A DNA stretch of 64,000 nucleotides from Paragordius varius (lineage: Eukaryota > Animalia > Nematomorpha), in NCBI GenBank assembly GCA_964247055.1, contig OZ176057.1, positions 3,038,001-3,102,000 on the forward strand, in the 5' to 3' direction. The position numbers and the translations under genes were made by a program. Shown piece after piece: positions 1-11,471 of this stretch. The notes under the pieces are model-generated. The model saw only the letters and a program-made list of their open reading frames with translations. It was not told where the DNA came from and did no database searches. Position 1 is the first letter of the stretch, and each line of letters begins with the position of its first letter.

Positions 1-383
1 GGACAGTCTGTGGTTGTCTGTGACCTTAAATACTTTATTGGGGAGTAAATTACATATAATTTAATATTACTATCATTATCGTTCTTAATTTATCTGTGGT
101 ACTACATGTTTACTCTATATACCGTTAGAAACACCCAGCAATGAAGTGGCGCCCCTCTGCCCTGAAGCGCGTAAAAGCGCAGGAAGGCACTAAGGGTCGT
201 CCTGTGCAGACAGTGGCGGTTGGAACCATGCCTGCCACACCCTTTTCTGGATACCTGGATATAAGTTTTTATTATATAATACAGGATAAAAGGGTTCAAT
301 AATTATGTAAAACTAATTAGTAGTTTGTTTACTATTTTAAGGGAAAAAAATACCTAAAAATAGTGTACAAAATATCAAAATGA

Positions 384-996
384 TAAAGTGTTAGAAAGTT
401 ATTTCCACTTTTATGATATTTACTCCATATCCGAAAAGAGCAAATTTTTAAAATCCTTTTTAAATTTTTTTGATGAAAGTTAAAGGCTTCTTTCTAAAAT
501 ATCATTAAAATATATCAAAAGCTAGATATAAAAGGCAGAAAAATATTTTTACAAAGTTTTATAAATGTGAGCTCCGAAAGTCCCACTTTTTTGCCCTTCT
601 AAAATTAATAATTTAAGGCGTTATACACCATTTCCATCATGCCTCAAAATATAATGAAGTACGCTTCAACAAATTGTGTCATAAATTAAATTTTTAACAA
701 ATATCATTTTTTCAATAAAACATTCTGTCAAGATTTAGCATATATTTAAGGATTTTATTACGCAATCTCGGTATTTAAACTCTATTTTTATAGAAATATC
801 TTATTTTTCAAGAGTGAATTTGGGACTTTCAAACCCACATCTAATTAGGATTTTATAAAAATATTTTTTTGCTTTCTATATGTGATATATTTTGGAATTA
901 GGCATTTAGCTTCTGCTAAAAAAATTTTATTGAACGAAATGTGCGCAAAATTTGCCATTTTCTGATATGGACAAATAACCACAAAGTCTAAACTTA
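384..996. mobile_element. Degenerate foldback/MITE-like element with ~200 bp imperfect inverted arms
   Basis: Left ccatatccgaaaagagcaaatttt (~425-450) is the imperfect reverse complement of aaaatttgccattttctgatatgg (~948-972). Left gaaagtccc (~577) pairs with gggactttc (~821). Ends approximate. Confidence 0.5.
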
Positions 997-1176
997 AGGG
1001 ATGTTTATCCCGATACTAACCATAAACTTCAATTGTTAGATGTAGCCGCTGAAAATAAATGTTTGCCCCCCTCCTAAATAGGTACACTTAAAACAAACAC
1101 AAAACTGTCGAGATTAGGGGATAAAAATTTTAATACACAGTACACACATAAAATATCCTGATAATATATTCATATA

Positions 1177-1481
1177 TACCATTTACAATTCAAATTCACT
1201 CTTAAACAATTTTATCCCCCTTGAAACCAATTAAAATTCACCCTCAAATAAATTATATGTTTTTAAGATTGAAAATTACCTATATTTTTATATATTTGTA
1301 AAGATTTAAATTTAGTTTTAATTTAAAATGATACTGAAAAACGAATAAACTATGCCATAAAGCTATATTTCATATTAATAATGAGTTATATTAGTTCGCA
1401 TACTCATAATTTTTTTAGGATGAATTTGAATCGTTAAAGTGTGAATTTGAATTGTTCGAGGGTTTTGAATTGTAAATAATA
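1177..1481. mobile_element. Small MITE with TACCAT-type terminus
   Basis: TA|TACCATTTACAATTCAAA at 1175-1194 and a degenerate inverse ttttGAATTGTAAATaata at ~1463-1481. Same terminal motif as the larger long-TIR families. Confidence 0.45.
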
Positions 1482-1742
1482 GTTTTAGGGTAAATAAATA
1501 TGTGTCAGAATTCTTATGGCGCTTTTGTGGGCCCAATACAGATTTAGGATTTCATAGTAATGCTTTATATCGAAATTGTAAATTGGCGATAAAGCGAGTT
1601 TATTAGGCATATAGGACTTGAAACTAATGGAGCCCCGTTTATCATGGAAAATAAATTTTAATGTCTACGCGACTGTTTTTTTAGAGAGATTAATAAATTA
1701 AAAGAAAGTGCTGTGGGCAAAGTGTTGTTTAATTGTCTAAGT

Positions 1743-4008
1743 CAGTGGTACTCACTAAAAAAATTTGACGGGCCAAATAAAAACTTGTTTTGCACCATTT
1801 AAATTTGGTTTTGCCTCATGACAAGCCAATCTTAATACGTCGTCCATATCATCATCTGTTAATCGATTTCTGTATGAATTCTTGGCACACTTCATTTTTG
1901 AATATGCCGACCACGCGTATAAGTTGAAGGAAAAACAGTTAGGATAACTTGAGCACATTTTTTTATATTTTCGTATTTATTTGGCACATCTTGCCAAATC
2001 ATATCTTTCTTCTCTATGATTCTCCTTGATTATAGCCTCCAAATTGGAATCATTTTTAAAATCTACGAATTCTTCTATGATAGCCTGATCAAAACCAAAA
2101 TTCTTAATTTGCTTATTATTGGTATATCCATATGCCATGGATTTTCAACGAGTTTTAAGCGATTATTAATATTTCTAATTCTTGAAGAATTTCATCATAT
2201 TAGATAAAAATGCTAAATGATTGTCTATTATTAAATTAATCTCCGCGGTAAATTCCATGTTTTATTCAAGAATCGTTTTAAGTGTTGGAAATTATAGGAT
2301 TGTTTATTTATGATATCTTGTTTTCTCTCTTCAAAAGCAAATATTTAATTAGCAAATTTGGTTATTATTTTGGTCCCTTGAAGCATTGTATTGAAAAACT
2401 AAGGTAATGTCGCAAAGAAACCGACCATTTATCACTATTAATTTCCACGACTTTCTATTCTACTTTATAAATAATAGAATTCATGCCTTAACAAAAAATC
2501 TCTTTAATACTTTTCTAAGGCTTAGCTATCTTAGCGGCAGAAGTATATTGTCAAACTCACTGTGGATATCTTTCAGAAGGTTTTTGAATTTACGGCGGTT
2601 AAATTATTTGTCACTGTAATTATCTATATCCACAACTGTTTTAATTACCGAATTGAGTGATTGATTTTTTACACGCGAAATTAAGTTTTGTTGATGAATA
2701 AAGCAGTGAAAGGATAAAATATTTTGCAAATTATATCTGTTTTTCAAAAAAGGAATAAATTAGTTTATTCCAATCATAGAGGGACAGCCATCTGTGCAGA
2801 TCGAAACCAATTTTTTCATAGATAATCCATTATTATCGAAATAAGTGCTAATTATTTTGAGAAAACTACTTCTTTTCGTGGTATTATTCATTGGTAAATA
2901 TTTTAAATATTCCTCGTTGATTAAGTTGCCGTTGCAAAATCTCACTTAGCGCACATTGAGGTGTTGAACTAATATCAGGGCTAGAATCAATAAAAATACT
3001 AAAATATTTATAGTTTTTCAGAGCCAATGTATTGTTAAAAATATAATTAGACATATCTTCAATGCGTCGAGCACATGTTGAATCAGAAAGTTGAGTTTAA
3101 ATGTCTCATGATTTGATCTTTATTATGGAATTTATCAAATAAAAAACTGCAACCATTTATTAGACATTCCTGTATTAGTTGGGAACGGTTTCATATATTT
3201 TCTAAAATATAGCAAATTTTATAAGAAGCTAACTAATGTTACATATTTTTCCTACGCGAAAGCTATGGACATAATAGATTTTTCTTTCTGGTATAGTTCC
3301 TTAATCCTTTTATATTTTTCGTTTTTTTCCTTATAATTTTTTGATATTTGAGAATGGATTGTAATATGTCTTTCAATATTGTATTTTTTTATAATTAGGT
3401 TGTCCTGGCAGGTAACAACATTTTATTTGGAACAAAGTATTCTTATTCCCATTCTTTTTAAAGGAGTGATTGTCATCGATAATTTACGTTTTTTAGCATT
3501 CGACGTCATCCATTGAATTTATGTTTAAATATTATATAATTTTTATTTAAAAATTTGAATTATGCTATAAAAAACAGGTCGAAATTTAATGATGTTGATT
3601 TGAAAAATATTTTATGGAAATGCGTTATAAAAAATGATGCAGGATAGCAATGAAAAGAATATGTATATGCAAGTTTGGTGAAAGGCTTGCTTAAATACAA
3701 AAAAGGAATGCAATAAAAATTTCAAAATTGAAATGAAAATAGAATACAGAAACAGAAACAACGTGAGTCAAAATTTTAATCATTTTAATGTAGGGAAATT
3801 TTTCTACATTTTTTAAATTCGGTAACAAATAAAAATTACCAAAATTAAATCTAAAGAAAATAAATAATATTAAAATAAGCGAAATTTTTTTAGGTGTATA
3901 TTAAAAATTCATCAATAAAAAAATAATTAAATCAATATGGTCATAGGGCAATTTTAAAGCACTCTTAGGGCCGCATGCGGCCCGCGGGCCGCGGTTTGAG
4001 TACCACTG
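1743..4008 (-). mobile_element. hAT (Buster/Charlie-type) DNA transposon with decayed GTF2IRD2/EPM2AIP1-like transposase
   Basis: TIRs cagtggtactca (1743) and tgagtaccactg (ends 4008). Minus-strand fragments KKLVSICTDGCPSMIG (2760-2945), LSDSTCARRIED (~3060-3095) and C-terminal KNSYRNRLTDDDMDDVLRL (1755-1958), with many stops. Left flank gtctaagt fits nnnTAnnn; right flank (gaagtaca) is only a partial TSD match. Confidence 0.85.
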
Positions 4009-5193
4009 GAAGTACATATATTTTATATAGTATAGAGAATACCATAAAAATACAGAATAATTGGTAAAGTAATGGTTTTTTTAGTGACTTTATACAAGAG
4101 TATGGGGGCGAATACTGTATTGTAGACCGCTGATTCTTATTTAATGATGTTAGATGAAAAATGCATTTAATATATTTATTGTGTCTTTTAATAAAATTGA
4201 AATCTATTTTACAATTTTCTAGCCTCTCTTTTATGACTATTGAATAAATGACAGGTTAATTTTACAATATCCCTGCTAATGATCGGTAAAGTTTGTTTGG
4301 GTTCTTAAGTTTGTCAATGTATTGACTAATTATGCAGTGACATGTCCTCCCGGTTATCAGCATAATCATTAGCGACAAAGGAAAATGATTTCGCAGACCA
4401 CTATAAATATAGGTGACTGATTAATGCATTAAATTAAGAGTGTGAGATATATTTTAAAAGTTAATTTTAATCTCATTCTTTCTTTGCAAGTTCATTACAA
4501 AATTGGAATAGATTACTAATTGTTTACTAACAGCAACTTGTGCTATGTTAAAATTTGTCATAATCAAGACAATCTGCTGTTTACCTTTAATTTTAATTAC
4601 ATATTGACAATGGGTGGGTTTATCAAAGACTTGGTAATTTAAAAGTGAATTCTAGTTGTTTTTGAACGATTCAATATGATTAATGTATGAGTTGCAGAGA
4701 TGTTGGCAAAATATATGCTAAAAAAGATAAAAAAATCTTCTTAAAAGAATTAATATTTTTGTGGACATGAGGTCAGTAATAGCGTTATACACCCCCCAGA
4801 TTTCCGTCAAAAACTCCTGTCTGTCTAAATTAGCTCGCACACAATATAAAGTGAAAAATTTCTACATCCACGATTTGGTAATATACACTAAGAATTTGAT
4901 TGATATTGTAAACTAATGCTATTAGAATAAAAAAACTTTTTCTAAAAAAACAGGGGGATATTATGGATAAAATTAGGGGACAATCTTGGTATACATATAT
5001 CTATTATAACATTGAAAGTATATGCGACCACGAATACTCCTTTATAAAATTCACAGTATTTAATGTTGACAAATACGCGACACATGTTTGTTATCTAAAG
5101 AGCCAATTAAGTTGGTGGACATTTGGTAATTTATTTATATTTTTTTAACATTTTCTGACGCTTTCATCATTCCTTATCAAAACAAAAACAATT

Positions 5194-5740
5194 ATGATTT
5201 TGGGCCATTCAACATTAATTCTTATATTTTTAATACCATGCCTTAACTCCATAGAAAATGTTGATAAAGCATTATCCAATCTTCAAAATTATCCATCAAA
5301 TTATAATGATGATAACTATGGGCGCAGTGCTTATGATTTATCAATAGTAAATCCTGATTCCGATAATCCACAATATGGAGAACTTAATTCAAAAAGTCAA
5401 ATTGATTCGCCCATTTATGCCCAACATGTAAATCATACTATATATGTTTTTTATGATATATGGTAGCCTTACAATTTAAGTCCATAAAAGAATATTTTTT
5501 ACAATACAAGGGGATGTTATTGATATGTATATATACAAGTAGGGTTGTTTTTTAAAAAAATCATTTTTGATTTCCTTTTAAATTAACATTATTTGATGTC
5601 ATACGCCACTGTAATTAGGTTTTCTATATTTATCTATATATAAACAAAATTATCCAGCCAAATGTTTTGCAATGAGAAGTTTTATTTATTTTGTGACTTA
5701 TGATTGAAATTTAGCCGGTTTCGAGATAGACCTCAAGGCA

Positions 5741-5778
<38 letters not shown>

Positions 5779-7911
5779 TTGCTCTTTATAATACATCTAA
5801 GAAAATGATATCAATCAATTTCAAAAAATTTACAAATTTAATGCCACCAAACCCTAATTTGGTCAAAACTAATCTATTTTATTATTATTACAATTAAATC
5901 TTCAATTAGATATTAAATGTAGATTTATAAATAATTTAACAAATATACTTTCAGTATTTATGAATAATTATGACAATTTTTGGGTTTTAAACAGAGAATT
6001 AAACAAATATGATTATTTGCAGATAAAGGTTTACTAAGTCACCACTCCTTACTGAAGACCAATGCGAATGTCCACAAATTTATAGACTTTTATCATTTCT
6101 TTTTCCTTAAAAAAGATTATCTTTGTGTATTTGAAGGGGTTTCCGCTTATTTAAAAGGGCCTTTATCCATCTATGCTAGAAATCAATAAATTTTCAATAA
6201 ATTCAATCGAATTAAATTTTATTTTTCACATTAGATACGACACAATAAATTAGGTGGTAAGATTAAAAGTGATACCAATAATTTTTATGCCAATCAATAT
6301 GGAACCCGTAAAAAGGTGGTTCATGGGATTCCCAGTAAAAGGAAACAAAATAGCAAACGTACAGGCAGACCTTTACCTCAACACCAAAATAAACTCAAAA
6401 CCAAACAAAAATGTAAATTGGCTATTGGGGGCAAATTTTGTAAGGATTTTCCCATCGGATATCCCAAGTATTTTTTTTCACCCTCATAAATTAATAAATG
6501 TAGAAGTCGATATTCGCAAGAATGGTGGTTAATTAATTGTATTAGTAAAATATACCGTTTTTAACCAAAAAATTAACAAACTCAAAGAGTTGAAACAACC
6601 AAAACACCCGCTTTGGGTTAAATATTGTGGTTTTTTGATATATTTGCATAGATTACACCAATTTTCAGAATGTTGCATACAAGGAAAATAGCTCAAAAAC
6701 ATTAAATAAGAAAATGTATTAAAGTTTAAAATTTACAGACTCAGTCTTAAAATATGAGCCATCTAATCAGGGGTGCCTAACAAGCGGACCTTCCAAAAAT
6801 TTCTTACGGCTTGCGCGAAAATCAAATTAATTTATAATTTAAAAAAATTGCATAGTAAAATTTTAAAATTTATATAATTTATTTTAAAATAATATTTATT
6901 ACTAATAATTTATTCAGAATTACATCTAGTTTGTTTTTTAACACCAGCAATCGTTCGGTAAGGATTAAGGCCGTTAAAAAATTTATATATACTATATATA
7001 ATTTTTAAATTGGTTTTCGTTAATATGAGTTCTCTAAGGTAAAAGTTATACATTTAAAATTTATAGATGAAATCCAAAAAAATTATTTTCATTTTTTTAT
7101 TGATGGTTAACTCTCGTTTTAATTATAGGGGTGTCTGAATATATCATTCTAAATTTTGCCAACCAAATAAACTAAAAATAAATTAATTACTAGATATACA
7201 GTAGTCGTAATTTTTACAGTCCCATGTGCGGCCCGCTAAGCTATTTAGTTGGACACCCCTGCATTAAATGAACAATTAGCAATAAAACTCTCTTTGCCAT
7301 TACCCCTATAACTTTATAACATCTATAGGTGATGTTATATTTTTTGTTTTGATAACTTTTTCTTTAAATATCGCAAAGCATCTATAAATTTATAGTTTAA
7401 ATCCATTATTTATTATTTTAGCCAATCAACCTACTTTAAAGCTTTTTACAGAGATGAAAAATCTTTGTTTGCTGGTCCAAATCATATTTTTGATAAATAA
7501 TTTAATATCTATAAATCAACAACTTTTAAACATATACATCACAGAGGCGCCGAAGAAATTTCCACATTTGGCAAATCACAATCAGGGCGTTCCGTTTATA
7601 TTGTGGAAGATCCCATTTACACTCCGCCTGTAGTTAATTTCTGCAAAGAAGTTTATGAATTTCTGAGCCCTAAATGGGCCATAAACACCCGAGGCGAAGG
7701 TCAATACATTGTTCAAACGCCCGATTATATGCAAAAAGTTTTGTTTCGAACGTGTCGACCGGGTTATGGTGGGGGGCAAGGTTCACAATGTTCTGAATAC
7801 GGTTCCTGTCAACAGCAATACACGTTAATTCAACTCAGAGTTTACGACGATATTTTTGGCGTATTTGCTGATTGGTTCCAAATACCTGCTGGATGCGAAT
7901 GTCGATTTTAA
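5194..7911 (+). CDS. Spaetzle-family (cystine-knot, neurotrophin-like) secreted ligand, multi-exon
   Basis: Exon 1 5194-~5428 has a signal peptide (MILGHSTLILIFLIPCLNS) and donor cat|gtaaat. Exon ~6233-6467, in a different frame from the track ORF, encodes the prodomain motif CKLAIGGKFCKDFPIGYP. Last exon ~7545-7911 encodes FCKEVYEFLSPKWAINTRGEGQYIVQTPDYMQKVLFRTC...CQQQYTLIQL...DWFQIPAGCEC, a Spaetzle cystine knot. Middle exons (e.g. ~7420-7475 QSTYFKAFYRDEKSLFA) are tentative. Confidence 0.85.
6768..7261. mobile_element. hAT (Buster-type) MITE in an intron of the Spaetzle-like gene
   Basis: TIRs caggggtgcctaac and gttggacacccctg; degenerate 8-bp TSD catctaat / cattaaat; subterminal gcggcccgc. 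Confidence 0.85.
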
Positions 7912-8219
7912 CCTCTAAATTAGTTGGAAATCTTTAACTCTTTATATTGGCCTCTAGATTACTGTATTTAGTTACATAAAAATTAGTATTAGTTGTTGAT
8001 AAACTGAAAAATTTTTATTCAATACATGTGATTTTTTATCGTAATTCACTTTTATCATTTTGTAATTTCGGTTTGCAGACATTTGATTGAAATTTACAAT
8101 AAATATAGCCTGACTTTTTTACATTACTTATTTAGCGAAATGTCAATTTATGTGATATTTAAAGCAATTGAACTAGACTCCAAATTATACCAAATTTAAT
8201 TTTCCATAATTCTGATTAA

Positions 8220-8262
<43 letters not shown>

Positions 8263-8360
8263 AGCTAATCGATTTATTACAAATATATTTAATATAAAAA
8301 CAGATTATACATAAATATAAGTAATCAATCGTAAAATAGTAAGTCTGTTTTACGCCTTGG

Positions 8361-10538
8361 TCAACAACGATCAGCACAAAATCGTGTCTATAAAATAGAT
8401 AAAAAAAATTTTAAAATACAGGAATGGGTAAATATATATTTTTAAATATAGATGACTTTTCCTAATTCTACCAAATTCTTGCTAAGATACACAACATCGA
8501 AAAATTTTTCAGGTTATTAAAACATTACCAGTTTAACTAAAAAAGACGTTGTAAAAAGTACGCAACGGTAAAACCCATTTTGTTTAACATTAAACGACAA
8601 GCACAAGATGTTGAGATCGCCAAAAACTAGCGTATTTCTTTTAAACAGTAATCATGTCGGATATGCCTGAAACAAAACATCTGCGGCATGCATTGCCATC
8701 AGAAGAAAATAAATTTTATTTTTTTCTGGCTACATATGGTACTTTATCGATTAAAATATTTCAAACTATTTCGCTAAAATGCAAGAGTTATTCACCGATT
8801 AAACTCAAAATGGCTGAGCATCACATGTATTACAAAAAAATCATAAGATATCTACAACCAATGGGAAAGACCAATAAACTCGGTAAATAAATCCCAAACA
8901 ATTAGATTGAACGTCAAATGGAAAATTACAAATTGGTTTGTAAAAAGGTTTAACGTTATGAAAGAAATCGTTTGCATCGAAGGAATTGAGACGGGTGATT
9001 AGAAATGGCTTTGTTTGGTATATCTAACGCAAAAAACCGTGACTTTCACCTTGCCAAGCCGGTCCATAATCACCAATGTCAAATTGCTTTGGCAAGACGA
9101 TGCTGTGTGTATGGTCAGTGTGATAGTGTGGATTTTGATAGAAGACGGTAAAACCGTTAATACACAACGGCATCGCCAAAATATAATTAATTTAAACGAT
9201 GCATTAATTTAAAAAACGACCATAAAATTGGTCAGAGACATGACAAATAGAAATGCTCCGTCTCCTACAGCAGAACCAGTAATTGTAAACACGATGGGAA
9301 ATTTTTTCGCATCCTCTAAACTCTCCTGAAGGCGCTATATAACTTATGCAACCTCGCATCAATGGGACCTACGCAGAGCAGTTCTATAAATCCGAAGGCA
9401 ATGAATGGATCGACAAACGGTTTGCCTCAATCAGTTTTTTGACAAGGTATGCATATATTACCAAAGATGGTAGATATGTGTAGAAGTCGATGTAAAATAT
9501 TTTGAATAAAATTAATGAGTGATATCCTTTCAAAATTAAATACCGAAAAAATTGGTAAGATATGAATATAACTGGCAAAAATATTTTAAGAAGGAGTTTA
9601 TTAAGTCTTTCATTCAATATAAGTCCCTCTTCTTTTAACTTAATTAAAAAGAACAAAGATATTATTTATAAGCAGGTATATTACCTTATTATTGCATTCA
9701 CAACTGCAAGACACGTGTCGGTAAAATTGTGTCTCGTAAGTCCCCTTAATGTTTATTCTGTAATTTTTGGTTCCCGGATCATATGACATTTGAATCTCTA
9801 TTAACTGGTAAAATATTTTTAGTTTTGTTATTATAACATTAAAATTGATCAAAAGTTTATACTGTATAATTTTGCAAGACTTTTTCCGTTGGTTTGCAAT
9901 TCAAACAGGTATGTAAGCAACATCCTATATAAATATTTAAAATTATCATATAACTTTTTGGTTACGCAGAAATTAATATATCTATTTTATCCAACGTTTA
10001 TACTAAATTAATTATATTTTGTAAGGGTGATCAAATAAAATTTGACTATAAACTATTTAATTTTACTGATTTCATTAGAGCTGGCCTTTGTCCTATTTAA
10101 TATTCAGCTTTTTACTTAGACATCGTTAACCCATAAGTTATTAAAAAAAATTATGAATGATAACTTTATTTGAAAATATATTTTTGACCTCCACAACGTT
10201 CTATCTCAATGCAAAAGGGCCAAAAAAGACTTCCATGTTTTCTCCGCCAATATCGATTATGGGATCGCATTTCTTGACTTACGTCCACACATTTAATTCG
10301 CGGTTTACAGGCGGCATGATTTTCTATAACTTTTTAAACAAATTTCTTAAAACATTTAAATAATTTTAATGAGTTTGCGAAAATTTAGATGGCTAAATGT
10401 ATTTAACGGTTGCAAACGAAAGACAATACATTGTGCATCAATAAACTATTATGATAGCTTCTAAGCAATTTATTTTTGATAATAAAGAGCAAAGAGAAAA
10501 ATGACCTACACAAATGGCTTCGCCGACCCCATTTTCGA
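8361..10538 (-). CDS. PDGF/VEGF-related factor (Pvf-like), growth-factor-domain exons
   Basis: Exons 10538-10506, 10323-10189, 9924-9863, 9804-9685 and 8387-8361 join in frame through GT-AG introns: ENGVGEAICVENHAACKPRIKCVDV...FWPFCIEIERCGGCCLHTCLNCKPTEK...FYRHVSCSCECNNKTRFCADRC*. This has the PDGF signature P-x-C-x4-RC-x-GCC and the H-x2-C-x-C motif. Confidence 0.9.
8500..9570 (+). mobile_element. Decayed mariner (Mos1/mauritiana-like) transposon in the last Pvf intron
   Basis: Frameshifted fragments MSDMPETKHLRHAL (8654), MGKTNKLGK*IP..IERQME, IETGD*KW (~8985), GKTMLCVW, GKTVNTQR, HPLNSP, ASMG, W*ICVEVDVKYFE* (~9470-9510) are colinear with Mos1 transposase. TIRs not resolved; ends approximate. 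Confidence 0.85.
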
Positions 10539-11471
10539 CTAAAAAAACCAGCTGACCGTATTTTAAAAATATGGTCAATAATAAATATTTTATAAAGTTC
10601 TGAACCAAAAAACTAAAAGAATAGTAACACAATATAAAATTTCACAGATTTTTCACTAGTTTTGCCAAAAAAGAAAGATTTTATTCAGAAACTGTTTAAA
10701 AAAATATAAAGTTTATTCAGATTTATTTTGAAACTATACGATCCTTTTGCCAATTATGAAACTTCTTATTAATTCGATTTTTCAATTTTTTGTGTGCACA
10801 TAAAATTTCAAATAAGAGCCGGTGAGAGCGGGCCCCATCCAGAAAACCTCTAACATAATCAAAAATTACCATTTTAGCACAGCCTAAAAATGTTATATAG
10901 TTTTATATTGACACTATTAATTAGTGATTTTTTGTTTATGTTAAAGTATTATTTTATTAAATTTATTATTTCACAAATATTATTTAGCATTATCGGCACT
11001 AATATACCTTTTCTACGTTATAAATCAATTAAAATCACTCTAATAATCCTTTAAATTATTCTATAAATATACTATCATGTTTTAAACATGATGAGTCCAT
11101 AAAAGAAACAAATAATTTAGATTTAAATTGAGCCATGAACACCATATTAAGAATTTATTGGTAAATGCTTAAGCCTGATTTTATAATTACATATACGGAT
11201 ATCAATATGGTAAAAATTATAATAGAATATTTCAATGGTATGAATGAGATTTTGTTAAATTTTAAGACAAAAATATTTTAGATGTTGTAGATTGTATAAA
11301 ATATGTTTTAAATTTTTTAATCAGTACTCGTTTAAGTTTTAAGACATTCGCTTTCCCAGGGCTGACAGGGATGCGGAAAAATTAAGCAGTGTTGAGGTTA
11401 AAATTTTGTCACTTTACACACACAGTGCCAAAATCCGGATACCTAAGTATATCCCATAACAAAAAACTTAC

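Noticed and set aside
6254-6532. 92-aa track ORF (MVRLKVIP...)
   Set aside because: Wrong frame; the overlapping frame carries the Spaetzle prodomain C..FC..YP motif.
11443-11471. Possible 29-nt intron after the YFTNK exon, and a 36-nt intron at 6468-6503
   Set aside because: The downstream frames close quickly or do not rejoin the gene, so they were not counted as tiny introns without cDNA.
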